The notes below the pieces were generated by a model. It saw only the letters and a list, made by a program, of their open reading frames with translations, was not told where the DNA came from and made no database searches. This document shows positions 25,756-38,860 of a DNA stretch of 64,000 nt, in pieces. Where the stretch lies: NCBI GenBank assembly GCA_964016885.1, contig OZ024740.1:282720001-282784000 (forward strand), read 5' to 3'. Within the stretch, counting starts at the first letter, position 1; each line of letters opens with the position of its first letter. Source of the stretch: Eledone cirrhosa (taxonomy: Eukaryota). The position numbers and the translations under genes are program-made.

Positions 25756-28700
25756 GTTTTCTTTATTAACCACAAGGGTTTACATAAAGTAGACATTAAA
25801 GACAGTACAGGACAATACAGGAAAGTACAAATGGGCATTTCTGCGTGTAAAAAAAAAAGAGGATGTAATAAAATAACAAAGAAAAATTCCCCAATAGGGG
25901 GAAGACTTCGGAGGGACATTTGTGGAGAAAGCCCATTAAAAGACCACAGTGACACTGACCACCAGGGCAAGTGCCCTCTCCCAGTTTTCCACCTTTAATT
26001 TACAGACACATACTCAGAGTAGGCCCATTCACTCGGGCCATACTTGCTTCTCTCACCCATCTTTCAACAAAATGCTGGGAAGAGAGCACTTCCCTCTCTA
26101 CCCTGATTTTCCTTTTCAAATGAAATTTGAAAAAGTTAATCAGGGCATCACCGAAGAGGTAAGTGCTCGTCTTCAGCCCTTTCAAACGTGTCCACCATAC
26201 TATCTCTTTCGCCATGGCCACCAGACAGATAAAAACTTCCTGCCCTTCCCGGCTAAAGGAAGAGGGCGGGGCAATCCTCACGATGGACTCAGCTGATAGC
26301 TGGATCCGTCCTACACGTGACAGCAGGTGTTCGACATAAACCCACAAGTCAGCAATGCTCGGACACTGGACGAGTGCGTGCAGGACGGTTTCGTCGCCCT
26401 GCACGCATCTCGGACATGCCCGGCTGACGGCACCTCCATGCCTGTAGAGTTTATCCCGAACTGGCAAAGCTCCCCGGTAGCACTGCCAGGCCAGGGATTT
26501 CTGGAGGTTGTCCATAGGCCCCGGCCCGAAAGTCCGTCCGAAGAGATTGGCTAGTTGATTTTCGTCGACGCCTAGAGTTTCTCCAAGTACGTCGTCGCTC
26601 TTCCCCTCCACTAATCCTCTATAGAACGCCAAGGTGGAGTCTCCACCGTTCACATTGCCCGATTGGTCGAGGGCTGTGAGCGCCTGAAGACATTCCAGTC
26701 TCCAAGCGCTCCCTCTCGGTCTTCGCTTGACCCAGGACTGCAGCTCCGTCAAGGAGACGAGCTGGGGAAAAACTTGACTAGCAAACGGCGACCACACCTG
26801 ATCACCGCCGAGGAAGAGGTGGAGATGTCGTAGCCTGAGCGCGTGTCTGCGCATCATCATCCACGGCATGCCCAGCCCTCCACGTAGCGGGTGTTGACAG
26901 CTGATGGACCACCTGACCATCGGAGCGCGTCCCTTCCACAAAAAGCGAAAGAGCAAACGCTCCAGCGCAGTCAGGCGGGGCTTAGGACAAGGTACGACGG
27001 TCAGGCGGTAGTAGATGACGGACGCGATGTACGCGTTAGCCACTTCCGCTCGACCTTTCAGGGATAGCTTCCTCTCGGCCCATTTCTGGGTGAGAGAAGC
27101 CACCCTGCTTGTCACCTCGTCCCAGTTTTTGTCCGTCTGGAGGTCCGGACCGAATCAGACCCCTAGCAATTTAAACGGTCCGTCCGTCCAGCGCCCGACG
27201 ACGCTGTTGGACGGCATGGACCTGCCTCTCAGGTGCCGAGCTGAAGGCCCACTGACTTTCCTGGTTGATCATTGCTCATGTCACCGCTTCGTATTCTCTT
27301 AGTGTAGTGCCGATCGCCTCGATGTGTTTGGCGTTCGACACCACTACGGTGACATCGTCCGCATATGCTGACACGGATCTTCCGCATCCTAGTTCGCGCA
27401 GGACCCCCCTCAACGTCTCCAGTTTATGCAGTAATGGCTCGAGAGTCAATACGTACAAGAAGGACGAAAGGGGACATCCTTGGCGGACCGAGCGCATGAT
27501 GTTGAACGGTTCCGAAAGGTGACTGTTCACTCTCACCACAGAGCAGATGTCGCTGTGCATGGCAGCGATCCAGCCTCTGAAGACGGGCCCAAAGCCAGCC
27601 GCCCTCTTTGCTAGCACCTTGGCCAAAATCTTGAACTCTGTGTTTAGCAGAGTTATGGGCCTAAAATTATCTATGTTATCCCCCTTGTTCGATCCCTTCT
27701 CAGCAGCGCCACCGCTCCTCGGCTCACAGAGCTGGAAATTCTCCCGTTCTGTTGCCAGTTGCAGTAGACGTCCGCCAAGAGGCCTCCGAACAAGTCTGGC
27801 ATTTGTACGTAAAGTTCATAGGGCTGACCATCCAAACCAGGTGATTTACCCCTTGTGCAGCCAGTCATTGCCTCCGTACTTCAGCGGCTGATATCGGCTT
27901 TTCGCAACACTCCGCCTCAGTGGCCGAGAGCCGCGGCAGTCCGTCGAGGTAGACACTAAAGTCCATCCCTCGATCCGGCCCGCCGCTGCCCCCGAACAGT
28001 TGAGCGAAGTGTCGCTGAAAAGTTTCACACATTTGCCCGGGATCGAGTAGCATGCGCCCGTCGTGGTCCACCAAAGACCGGATCGTGACTTTGTTGCCAC
28101 GACGCGCCTCCGCCACTCGGGCCCATAGAACGGCTTTCGTCACTTCGTGTCTGAGAGCACGCATCCTAGCTCTAACAACGCAGCCTTCGTGCTTTGCATT
28201 GAAGAATTGGTCAAGGGCCAATTTCGCTGCAAGTACGTCGGTCGCGAAGCCTTTGCTAAGCGCCTCGTCTAATTTTCTAACTAATTCTCCCTCTGCTCTA
28301 TTTTTCTCTATTGCTAAAGCCTTACTAAACCTAATGGACTCTATTCTAATTGCTCTTTTCAGAGCAAACCACCACTTGTTGTTGACGATGGCACCCGTCA
28401 ACGCGCGCTTAACTAGTTCGCTAATCCGGTCTCTGTAGGCCTTGCGCGGTGGTAAGGACGCGTTTAGCTTCTAGTAGCCGGGTCCTCGTCTATGAAGCCT
28501 ATCTAAGTCAAGCACACAGATCACGAATGTGTGGTCCGTGTAGCTGACTATCTTAAATTGTGGACAGCCTATGCTAGACCTATCTATTTCCCTACGAAAT
28601 ACTCTATCTAGATATGATCTGGATGACCCTATGCGATTTGTCCAAGTCCACATTGGTACATTCGGGAAATCCAATCGGTACCTGTCAGACAGTTCAAAAC

Positions 28701-31370
28701 GCCTGAGCAGGTTGGTGAGACACTTGCACCCTCCTCCCCTATCCACTAATCCCACACAGTCCCAGCGTGCATCTAAGATCACGTTCCAGTCGCCCACTAA
28801 CACTAAAGAGCGGGACGTTCCAAGAAAGGTCCCCAGACGCCGGAAGAAATCAGGCCGCCCTGCTCCTGTCGGGGCATAGACGGCCACTAACCTGAAAGCT
28901 TGCCCGTCTCCGCTGGTCACGTCCAGCACCACCAACTTACCTTCTGGATCCAGGAAGATGTTCCGTATGGCAAGATCCAAACCTCTCCGAAAAAGCACAG
29001 CAACTCCACCCCCCGATCCCGGACGGCTGGGAGATGCGTACACATGGTAGCCGCCGAAGATTGGTGCGAAGGCCCGTGCTTCGGAGATTCTGGTCTCGCT
29101 GATGGCCACTACATCTATGTTTAGTGACCTGAGGTCGTTCAGCAGGTGGCCCTGCTTCCATGATGACCCTAAGCCACGCGCATTTATGCTGCCTATCCTG
29201 AGTCAGGTCATGTTGAAAAGGAGTGAAAAAGATAAGAATGACCAGTTACCTTACTTCTCGTAGAGGAAGGATGGTTTCTCCATCCTTCTCACTGCCTGTA
29301 GCCTCCTCCGGAAGGATGTCCTTATAAATGCTCCCGGAGAGTGCTTGTCGGAAGTCTCCGATGTCCTTGGGGAATTTTTGTTTTAGTGTCGTGTACGTTT
29401 TCTGAGTGATGTGAGTGATTTGTATGTGTGGAGGTGGTGTGCATTTTTGGGTTGTTGTGTTGTCTTTTTATGTGATGCTGGTGTTGTGTTGGATGTAGTG
29501 TAATAATTGGTTGTTGTTCAAATTTAATGCTGTGTAGTGTGTTTCGTTTTGGTTGTTTTGTTTTGTTTGCGTTTGTTGTGGGTTTGTTTCTGTTTCGCTT
29601 TTTGGTGGCTTTTGTGGTGTTGGTGATGGTGGTGTTGGTGTTTGTGGTGATGGGGTTGGTGATGCTGGTGTGGATGGTGGCATAGCTGTCCTAACTTTCT
29701 TGTTTGTTAATTTATTTGTTTCCCCCTGTATTTTGTTTTTGGAGGGGGAAGGAAGAGGATATTTTCTTTTTTGGGTTCTTTTTCTTTTTTCTTTTTTCCT
29801 GATACAGTTTCCCACTCCTCGTCGTCACAATCTGTCTCCAGTTGCGATAGGTCGGGGAGTGGAAAATCCTCCACAGGCGTTGGTTTTGGTTGTGGCGTGG
29901 TGGATGGTGGAGGCGCTGGTGCTAGTTCTGGCGTAGTGGGGGGGGGGGGTTGCTACTGTTGCTGGGATTGTTACTGCTACAGTTGCTTCTGTTGTTGCTG
30001 CTACAGTTGTTGCTGACATTTCTGCTGCTGATGGTATTGATGGTTGAATCACTGGGGTGGGTAAGAGAGGTGGCCACAACTTTTTAGCCTGAGGGCAGAA
30101 AGCCTTTAGGTGGGTTCCTTCACCACAAACGACACTCCTAGGCCTTCTACCCTCAACGATTACGGTGAGGTGGCTGCCGTCAGTGAGGTCTATCACCTCT
30201 GGAATTTCCTCAATGCTCTTTTGGTCCGCTTGGATCAGGAACTCCATCCCAGATCCGGACCAGCTCTCCTGCTTTTCTTTTGTAATTTCAATTATTTTCG
30301 TGTTGGCCTCGATGCCGGCGAGGACGGCAGCCATTAGCCAGGGAATTTCGATGGCCGGTGGAACGTGGGTCACTCTGATCTTCACGAGTCTCTGGCCACA
30401 ATAGCTTGGGACGAGTGTGAAGTCGATGCTTCTTAATGGGGCCATTGAGTGCTCTCTGGCTTCCTGTGGTGTTCTAAAGAACACGTCCACGGTTCCATAT
30501 TTCTGCCCACGTCTGATGTGGGTTTTTTTCGCCCACACATGTCCCAAAACTTTTTGGATTTGGGACTCGGATGCCCGTTCAACCCGGCGTGATTTTGTGT
30601 TTATCGTCCGATAAGACACGGTGCATAGGCGCCGATGCTCCATTTTATTGGGTGAGTGGGGGAGTGAGACTGACCCTGTACCCATCTTATTTTACCATTC
30701 TCTTGGCTTCATTTAATTCATCCTGGCTTACCTCTATTGTTTCGCTTTTCTTGGCTGCTTTGGCAAACGGCACATTTGCGGTGGTGTTGATGTTTTTTGT
30801 TGTTATTCTCATTGTTGTTGTTGCTGTTGTTGTTATTGTTATTTTTAGTTTCAATTGTGGTGGTGGTGGTGTCAGTTGTGTTCGGTGTGGAAGAGTCGAT
30901 TCTGGGTGAATCCATTTCGATGTCACGAGATAATTTTTTTTTGTTTCTGTTGTCGCTGTGGTGGGGATGGCGGCTTTAACACCTGCAGTTATTGGTAATG
31001 GCGGGAAATGAATGTCTGCATGTGACAAATTTAAATTATTGCCACTGCTTATATTTTTAGTGTTGGCAACCGTACTAATGTTTACAATGGTGATGTTGGT
31101 GTCGGGTGTTAGTTTGTGAGGAAGGCTATCAGGTTTGCGTGGCTGAGAGCCGTCCATGTTTTTTTCAAAGAAAGTTTTTGTTTGATAATTATAAAAGTTT
31201 AAATTTTGGGCTCAAGGCCCCACTTTTTTTAGTGTCCTTTTCAGAAAGCAACATATGTGAACTTATAAACACTTAACAACAAAAATTTTCCATAACTGGC
31301 AATTTGAAACAACTGAAAACAACAAACCTTTGCGGAGCTCACGATAATACGATTTCCTACGCAGGTCGAC
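25756..31370 (-). mobile_element. full-length Tx1-clade (L1-like) LINE, inactivated
   Basis: ORF1 31157-about 29250 with a knuckle remnant (CGEGTHLKAFC); ORF2 29211-26000 with AP endonuclease (AISET, GDWN, SYLDR, TDH), RT (SVRQGCPLS, YADD) and CPRC..H...C; stop at ORF2 codon 3, frameshifts. Confidence 0.95.
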
Positions 31371-31407
31371 AATAATAATAATTATAATAATTGAATGTTA
31401 GTGATAA

Positions 31408-31555
31408 TGCTTTCTTTATTAACCACAAGGGTTGACATCAAATATATCATTAAGGCACAGGACAATACAGGACGGTTCAAATGGGCATTTCTGCGTGTAC
31501 AAAACAAAAAACAGAGGATGTAACAAAAAAGAAACGAGGAAAAATTCCCCCAAAA
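31408..31555 (-). mobile_element. Tx1 3'UTR fragment
   Basis: Matches 25756-25895. Confidence 0.85.
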
Positions 31556-31582
31556 GATAGTTACTTTAAATCATCTCTATAT

Positions 31583-31657
31583 ATTTTATTATACGTATTT
31601 CGAAGATGCAAGGCTTATGTATAATATAATCCAAAAGATGTTTTCGTAAGATAAAAT
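31583..31657 (-). ncRNA. degenerate hammerhead motif
   Basis: ATTTTAT-CTTACGA-...-GAAA-TACGTA-TA-ATAAAAT; G5 mutated and stem II poor. Confidence 0.45.
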
Positions 31658-31906
31658 GCAGAGGAGATGCGGGATTTATTTGATGTACTAGCGGTCAAGC
31701 AAGCTGGACAGATCGATGGCAACCAAGCAGATGATTAGAAATAAACGCCAACACAAAAGATATAACGTGAGTGGGAGAAAAATACAATTGGACTTAGCGT
31801 TTTTTAAATTATTTAAAATATGACGTATTTAGATTGGTAAAAAAATAAATATAGGCCTTTAGTCAGTTTATATGTTACTTATATTAGCTTAGAATAGATA
31901 CTATGC

Positions 31907-31960
<54 letters not shown>

Positions 31961-32145
31961 ATGTGAGAATCATATTTTAACTAACTAATAAAGAAGAAAA
32001 AATAGGATTACAAAAGTCAAAGGTAAATCATCTATGTCTATAATTTCAATTGGATTATTTAACAATTGGTATGGCGTTTTTATATAACTGATATGGTTAT
32101 AATGCTAAGAGATATCTTTTATTTATTATTATTATTATTATTATT

Positions 32146-35100
32146 GGTCTAAGCGGGCGTATTTTGCTCGCTTACAGTAAGTCGCTTTATTTGCCTGTTA
32201 AAATTATTTGTTGTTAAATATTTCTTGTTGTGTAAGGGATATAAGCCCTTAGACTTTGCCCCGAGAAGGGGAAAGTATAATATTTGGGCCTTTTGGCCCA
32301 AATATTTGAACTTTTTTTTACATGTTAAAAAATTTACGAAGAAAAAAAAATATGGCTGAGCCACGCCCCCCAGCGATATGTCGGCTGTTGTGCGAAAACG
32401 ACGTAGAAGTTGAGAAGAGCGCTACAGCGAAATTAACACAAATTGATAACACAAACACCACCACAAACAAGATAAACAAAGACACCAATGATACCAATAA
32501 GAACACTAATTTTGAAAAAAATGACAGTAACAGCGACAACGAAAATACAGATAACAAAAAAAAAAATAACAAATACAACAACAATATCAACACCACTAAC
32601 ATGAAAACAAATAGCGACAACACCAACAGCAACAATACCAACTGCACCGAGAACAACGGTGGCAACAAAGACAAAAATGATGACAGTGATAACAACAACA
32701 CCAACAAGAACAACGACAACAAAACCCCCAATGAAAACATGAAGAACACTTTCGCTGCGGCAGCAGCAAAAAAGAGGCCATGCTTCAACGTGGACCTCTC
32801 AAACAAAGATGAAAAGTTGGCCCAGGCATGAAAGCTCATCAAGCAAGAGCAAACTTAACTGTCCCGGTAGAAGCTATTGAGGCAGTGGAGCGCAAAACGG
32901 TGCATTATAGATGCATCTCAGCACAAACCAAAAGGGCAGCTTTAATCCCACAAGAAGATGTCGAAGTCGCTCTGAGTGCATCAGAGAAGACACCCAGTAC
33001 ATAGAGAGGGGCAGACAGTACGGCACCATTTCGGTGTTGTTCAAGTCAGAAGCCCTCGCTATGAAACACGCTATGACTCCTTGCAAAACCAGTAAGGTCA
33101 TAATGTACCCCTCCCACATGGGAAAAAGAACGGCCCGTCTCCGCATTCCCAGAATCCCACCAGGACTTGACATGTGGTGGCTTCTGGGATGTGTGATTGT
33201 GGAGGGAACGGATACAGTCCCTATAGAAGTGACCAGAACGGCCAGAGAGGACTGGTCCGGGGTTGACCTGGAGATCCTTATCCAGATCAGGCCCGAGAAT
33301 GTGAAGACAATCCCGGACCACATACGCCTTCAGAATGGGACGGTCATTCACATTATGACCGAAGGGAAAAGGCCGCAGTGTTTTTTTTGTGGGGAAAAAA
33401 CCCATTTGCGAGCCTTCTGCGCTCAACTGCTGAAAGAGGCAAGGGGTCGAAATGCTCCACTGTTGCCGACGCCGGGGCGAGGACCACAACCAACACCAAC
33501 ACCGGCAAAACCACCAACAACAACACCAATAGATAGACCACCACCAACATTGACCACCCAGGGGGGAAACGAGGAAAGCTGTCAAAATCCCCCCCCCCCA
33601 CAAAAAAAATACACGCACCAATAAAACCATAAACATACATACAGACACACTTACAGACACAGACCCCTCATCTACCAGTAGTGAAAATGAGGGAAATCCA
33701 AAATGCCCCAAAATACAAAAAAGAAAACATAAAAAGAAAAAAAAACTCAACAAAGCACAAAAGAACCCACAATAAAAAACGCGGACACCACCCACGCAAA
33801 AATCTCTCCAATAACACCAACATCAACACCACCATCACCCGAATCCCCCAAACACAAACAACCGAAACAGACGTAAGAACAAATATACACACAAACATCT
33901 GAAACCACAGACACCGCACTCACAACAAACACAGATACAACCGAAACAACACCACCAAAACCATCACCACCACAGCCACGCAAACAAATAAAATCACACC
34001 AACAAAACATACAAAACTTCGTGCTCCTTAGGAGGGCCAACAAGGAACTGATGGCCCTCGTAGCACGAAGTGAAAATATACAAAAAGAGGGGGATATTTT
34101 GAAATCGAGCACATTTCGCGTGCCGGAAGATTTGGTTCTGGTGCGAATGTCGCTCGACATATTCAAAGAAATACGAGACAGCTTTCCTCGGGACGTGGGA
34201 ACTCCGAACGTAAAACCCACTTCAAGACTTTTAAAGGGGTTCCCAAAAGAAATCCCACTAACTATGGAGGTCAAACAACCCGACCTTCACAAGAGCCCGG
34301 AAGGTAAGTAAACCTTCCTCTCTCTCTCTGTTTAACCTGCCAACATGGCCGTATTAAGAGTAGGATGTATAAATGTTCGGGGCCTGGGATCGTCCTGGAA
34401 GCAGGGTCACCTGCTCAACGACCTCAGGTCTATAGAAATGGATGTAATTGCAGTCAGCGAGACCAGGATTTCCGACACGCGCGCACTAGCCCACATTTTC
34501 GACGACTATCAGATCTTTGCATCTGTTAGCCGGCCGGGAATGGGAGGCGGGGGTGGCTGTGCTGTTTAAGAAAGGCCTGGATCTCGATGTAAGGTCGATC
34601 TTCCGGGACCCGGACGGGAAGTTGGTGGTCCTGGACGTGAACAATAATGAAGGTTGTGCCTTTAGACTGGTAGCCGTCTATGCTCCTCTGGGGCAGGACG
34701 GCCGTACTTCTTTAGACGCCTGGAAGCCTTTCTGGGTACGTCTCGCCCTTTACTGTTAGCGGGGGACTGGAACGGCATCTTAGACGCACGCTGGGACTGT
34801 GTGGGAGTATCCGATAGGAGCGGGGGGTGCAAAAGCCTCAAGAATCTGATCAGCCAGTTCCAACTGTCTGACAGGTACCGACTAGATTTCCCTAATGTGC
34901 CAGTGTGGACCTGGGCTAACCGCATAGGGTCATCTAGATCGTATATAGACTGGATATTCATTAAGAAAATAGACAGAAATAGTGTAAGCTGTCCACGTTT
35001 TGAAACGGTCGCCTATTCAGATCACAAGTTTGTGATCTGCATGGTCGACCTAGATAAGACACGTAGGTTAGGACCTGGTTACTGGAAGCTAAACATGTCA

Positions 35101-36156
35101 TTTCCGGCATGTAAGGCTTACAGGGACCAGGTCAACAATTTAGTTAAGAAAAGGTTGACAGGGGGAGTCGTCAACAACAGATGGTGGGGGGCTCTCAAAA
35201 GAGAGATTAGAGTAATGTCGATAGAGTTTAGCAAAGAAGTAGCATTAGAGAAAAATAGAAAGGAGGGAGAGTTGGTACATAAGTTAGACGAGGCTATTGG
35301 TAGTGGCATTGCAACTGATGTGCTAGCGGCGAGAATGGCATTAGACCATTTCTTCAATGCGAAACACGAAGGTTGCATTGTCAGAGCTAAGGCGCGTGCT
35401 CTGAGAAACGAGGGAACCAAAGCTGTTCGATGGGCCCGCGTGGCAGAGGCGGAGCGTGGTAATAAAACCACGATTCGGTCTTTGACGGACCGAGACGGGC
35501 TCGAGCTGAGCGATTCCAAGAGGATGTGTGAGGCCTTTCGCCAACATTTTGCTCGGTTGTTCGGGGGAAGTGGCGGGTCAGAGATGGTGGCGGACTTCAG
35601 TCCCTACCTCGATGGTTTGCCGCAACTCTCGACGGATGACGCTGGGCGCTGCGAAAGGCCAATTACGTCAGCCGAGATTCAGGATGCCTTTGTAGGCTGC
35701 ATGAGGCGCAAGTCACCTAGTTTGGATGGTCTACCCTACGTGCTTTACGTAAATATGCCAGACTTGTTCTCCAATCTCCTCGAAGCCCTCTACTGCAACT
35801 GGCAGCAAAACGGGAGTATTCCCAGTTCTGTGAGCCGGGGCGTAGTGACGCTGATAAGGAAAGACGAGAACAAGAGGGACACATTAGACAATTTCAGGGC
35901 CATAACTCTGCTCAACACAGAGTTTAATATTTTGGCCAGGGTGTTAGCGAAGAGGTTGGTGCTTGTCGTCGGGAATTTGGTTGGGGAGGCGCAAACTTTC
36001 GCAATCCCAACCAGGTCCATACACGACAACCTCCACCTAATGCGATACATCATAGAGAGGGTAGGGTGTAAACCTGGCTTCGGTGGGGCTCTGATCAATT
36101 TAGATCAATCGAAAGCATACGATAGGGTCGACCATCGGTACCTGGAGGTTGTCCTC
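32146..36156 (+). mobile_element. Tx1-clade LINE, 5'-intact and 3'-deleted
   Basis: Starts right after (ATT)n; ORF1 32322-34311 (Asn/Thr-rich, CFFCGEKTHLRAFC knuckle, broken); ORF2 from 34345 (CINVRGL, AP endonuclease, RT up to LDQSKAYDRVDH) then ends abruptly. Confidence 0.93.
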
Positions 36157-36267
36157 GATATAAGGTTACACTTACCAATGAAACGGTCGTAAATACCTGG
36201 ATAAAATCCTTTTTTTAATGCTTACCTGTGTTTTCTATTTTATTTTCTCTCTCTATATATATATAAA

Positions 36268-36346
36268 TTCTACAGGGCTAGAACTGTTTCATTCGAAGGA
36301 AATCTTCATGATTTCCATCGAATAAAACAGTTGTAGTCCTGTAGAA
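36268..36346. repeat. imperfect hairpin with about 37-bp arms, probable pLTR remnant
   Basis: TTCTACAGGGCTAGAACTGTTTCATTCGAAGGAAATC-ttcat-GATTTCCATCGAATAAAACAGTTGTAGTCCTGTAGAA. Confidence 0.65.
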
Positions 36347-36449
36347 GTCATTTCTAAATCAAATGTTGTATATACTCTACTATGTATTGAGTACCTTACT
36401 TACTGTGGTTACCCCCGATTGAAGACGAGACACACACAAACACACACTC

Positions 36450-36558
<109 letters not shown>

Positions 36559-36559
36559 G

Positions 36560-36912
36560 TATATGTGGATGGGTGCTACACGGGAATGCTGAGGATGGCA
36601 CTGAACATTATTCAGTATACCACGATGATGAAGAACTCTGAGCTATACGGGAGCCTCCCAAAAGTCACCTCGAAAGTAACATGGAGGAGACTGAGGTTAG
36701 CTGGACATGCTCACCGACATTCAGAGTTGACACTGCACTCAGTGCTCCTGCGGGAGTTCCTAAACGGACACACTAGAAGAAGGAGACGGAGGTTAACATA
36801 TGTTGATGACCCAAAGACAGATACAGGTCTCTTGGATGACGAGGGACAGAGACCGCTGGAGAGAACTCGTCCATGGATCTCGGGAATTTTACCTGCCTTA
36901 GATAGATAGATA
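36560..36912 (+). mobile_element. RTE-type LINE 3' fragment
   Basis: DGCYTGMLRMALNI..ELYGSLPKVTSKV..RRLRLAGHAHRH..RLTYVDD. Confidence 0.85.
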
Positions 36913-37156
36913 CTGTAGTAAAAGTTTGGTATGAATATCCAAGGGTAACAGAACTCAGTCCATAACAGGAGTTTAGTATAAATAATTACAACAGTGACAT
37001 AAACAGGTACTTATGTTTCGTTGGGTTCTGGACCCCAAATCATTCAGCTTGTTATAAGTAAAATAAAATAAAAATAATGCGTTATGACATATATACAGCT
37101 AGAGAAATAGACAAGGTCAGAAAGAGAGAGACAGAGTCAGAGAGAGAGAGAGACAG

Positions 37157-37227
<71 letters not shown>

Positions 37228-37324
37228 TGTGCGACCTAGTAGGTGATGAGATAATGTTGATATGACAACAAGATGGCAGAGAAGAAAAAGAGGATATTGA
37301 CTGATGGATTCCACTGCATTATTA

Positions 37325-38860
37325 TTGGTGAATTGGCAGTATCGGCAGAGGGTCGGACGCCATGCTTTGACGCATAGAGTTACGGCCCTTGCCATTCTGA
37401 GTTCAAATCTCGCCGAGGTTAACTTTGCCTTTCATCCTTACGGGGTCGATAAAATAAAGTACCAGTAATACACTGGGTAATTGATGGCCTTGTGCCAAAA
37501 GTAGAAACAATTATTATTAATGGATGGATCGTAATAGTGTTACTCAAAATGCCTTGGGATATTTGTTCACCTATTTACGCTCTGCTTTACAATACTTTAT
37601 GAGTTGATAAAATAGAATAGCTATTGAGAACTTTGGTTGATTAATCGACTGCCCACCAAAACTAGAAACTATATCATTATTTGATTGACAGTATAAGGGC
37701 GGTGGATTGGCAGTATCGGTAGAGAGTCGGACACCATGCTTTGCAGCATAGAGTTATGGGCCTTTATGATCTGAGTTCAAATCCTGCCGAGGTTAACTTT
37801 GCCTTTCATCCTTACGGAGTCGATAAAATAAAGTACCAGTCACGCACTTAATCGACTTTCTCCTCCCCAAAATTGCTGGCCTTGTGCCTATATAAGAAAC
37901 CATTATTAGATTGACAGTATACTATGAGCGGTGGATTTGGCAGAATCGGTAGAACATCAGACGCCATACTTTGTAGCACAGAGTTACGGGCCTTTATGTT
38001 CTGAGTTCAAATCTCGCTAAGGTTAACTTTGCCTTTCATCCTTACGATAAAATAAAGTACCAGTAATACACTGGGTAATTGCTGGCCTTGTGCGAAAAGT
38101 AGAAACAATTATTAGCTTGACAGTATCGGTCGAGCACTGGACACCATGATTGTCTCTGAGGTCGATACAATTGACCCCCGCTCATTCATATTGCTCATTC
38201 ATATTGCGGGCCATGTGCCAAAAGTAGAAACCATTAATTTTAAGGATGATGAATTGGCAGTATCAGGAGAGCGTCGCACAACACGCTTTGTGGCATATAG
38301 TTACGTCCCTTTACGTTCTGAGTTCAAATCCCGCCAAGATTAGCTTTGCCTCTCATCCTTGTGGATTCGATAAAATAAAGTATCAGTAACACACTGGGGG
38401 TCGATTTAATAACTTTCCCGTCTCCCCTAATTACTGGCCTTGTGCTTATAGTAGAAACCATACTATTGGATTAGCAGTATCTGTAGAGCGTCGGACAATA
38501 TGCTTTGCATCATATAGTTACGGCCCTTTGCGTTCTGAGGTCAAATCCCGCCCCGGGTAGCTTTGCCTTTCATCCTTACGGGATTGATAAAATAAAGTAC
38601 CAGTAAAGCACTGGAGTCGATTTAATCGACTTACTCCTCTAAATCAGAAACCAATATCATCCTCATCATCATTGTGGATTGGCAGTATCAGTAGAGAGTC
38701 GGACGCCATGCTTTGAAGCATTGTTACGTCCCTTTACGATCTGAATTCAAATCCCGCCGAGGTTGACTTTGCCTTTCATCCTTACGAGGTCGATAAAATA
38801 AAGTACCAGTAATGCACTGGGTAATTGCTGGCCTTGTGCCTAAAGTAGAAACAATTATTA
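37325..38860 (+). mobile_element. tandem/nested cluster of about 8 co-oriented SINEs
   Basis: Copies at about 37325-37517, 37540-37680 (decayed), 37697-37908, 37927-38114, 38117-38240 (deleted), 38243-38463, 38467-38655 and 38672-38860. Confidence 0.92.

Noticed and set aside
32318-32842. Hydrophobic 174-aa ORF resembling a membrane protein
   Set aside because: It is the antisense of the Asn/Thr-rich Tx1 ORF1 N-terminus.
37325-38860. Repeated units with GTTCAAATC resembling tRNA genes or a CRISPR-like array
   Set aside because: They are SINE copies with tRNA-derived heads. There is no full cloverleaf, no repeat-spacer structure and no cas gene.
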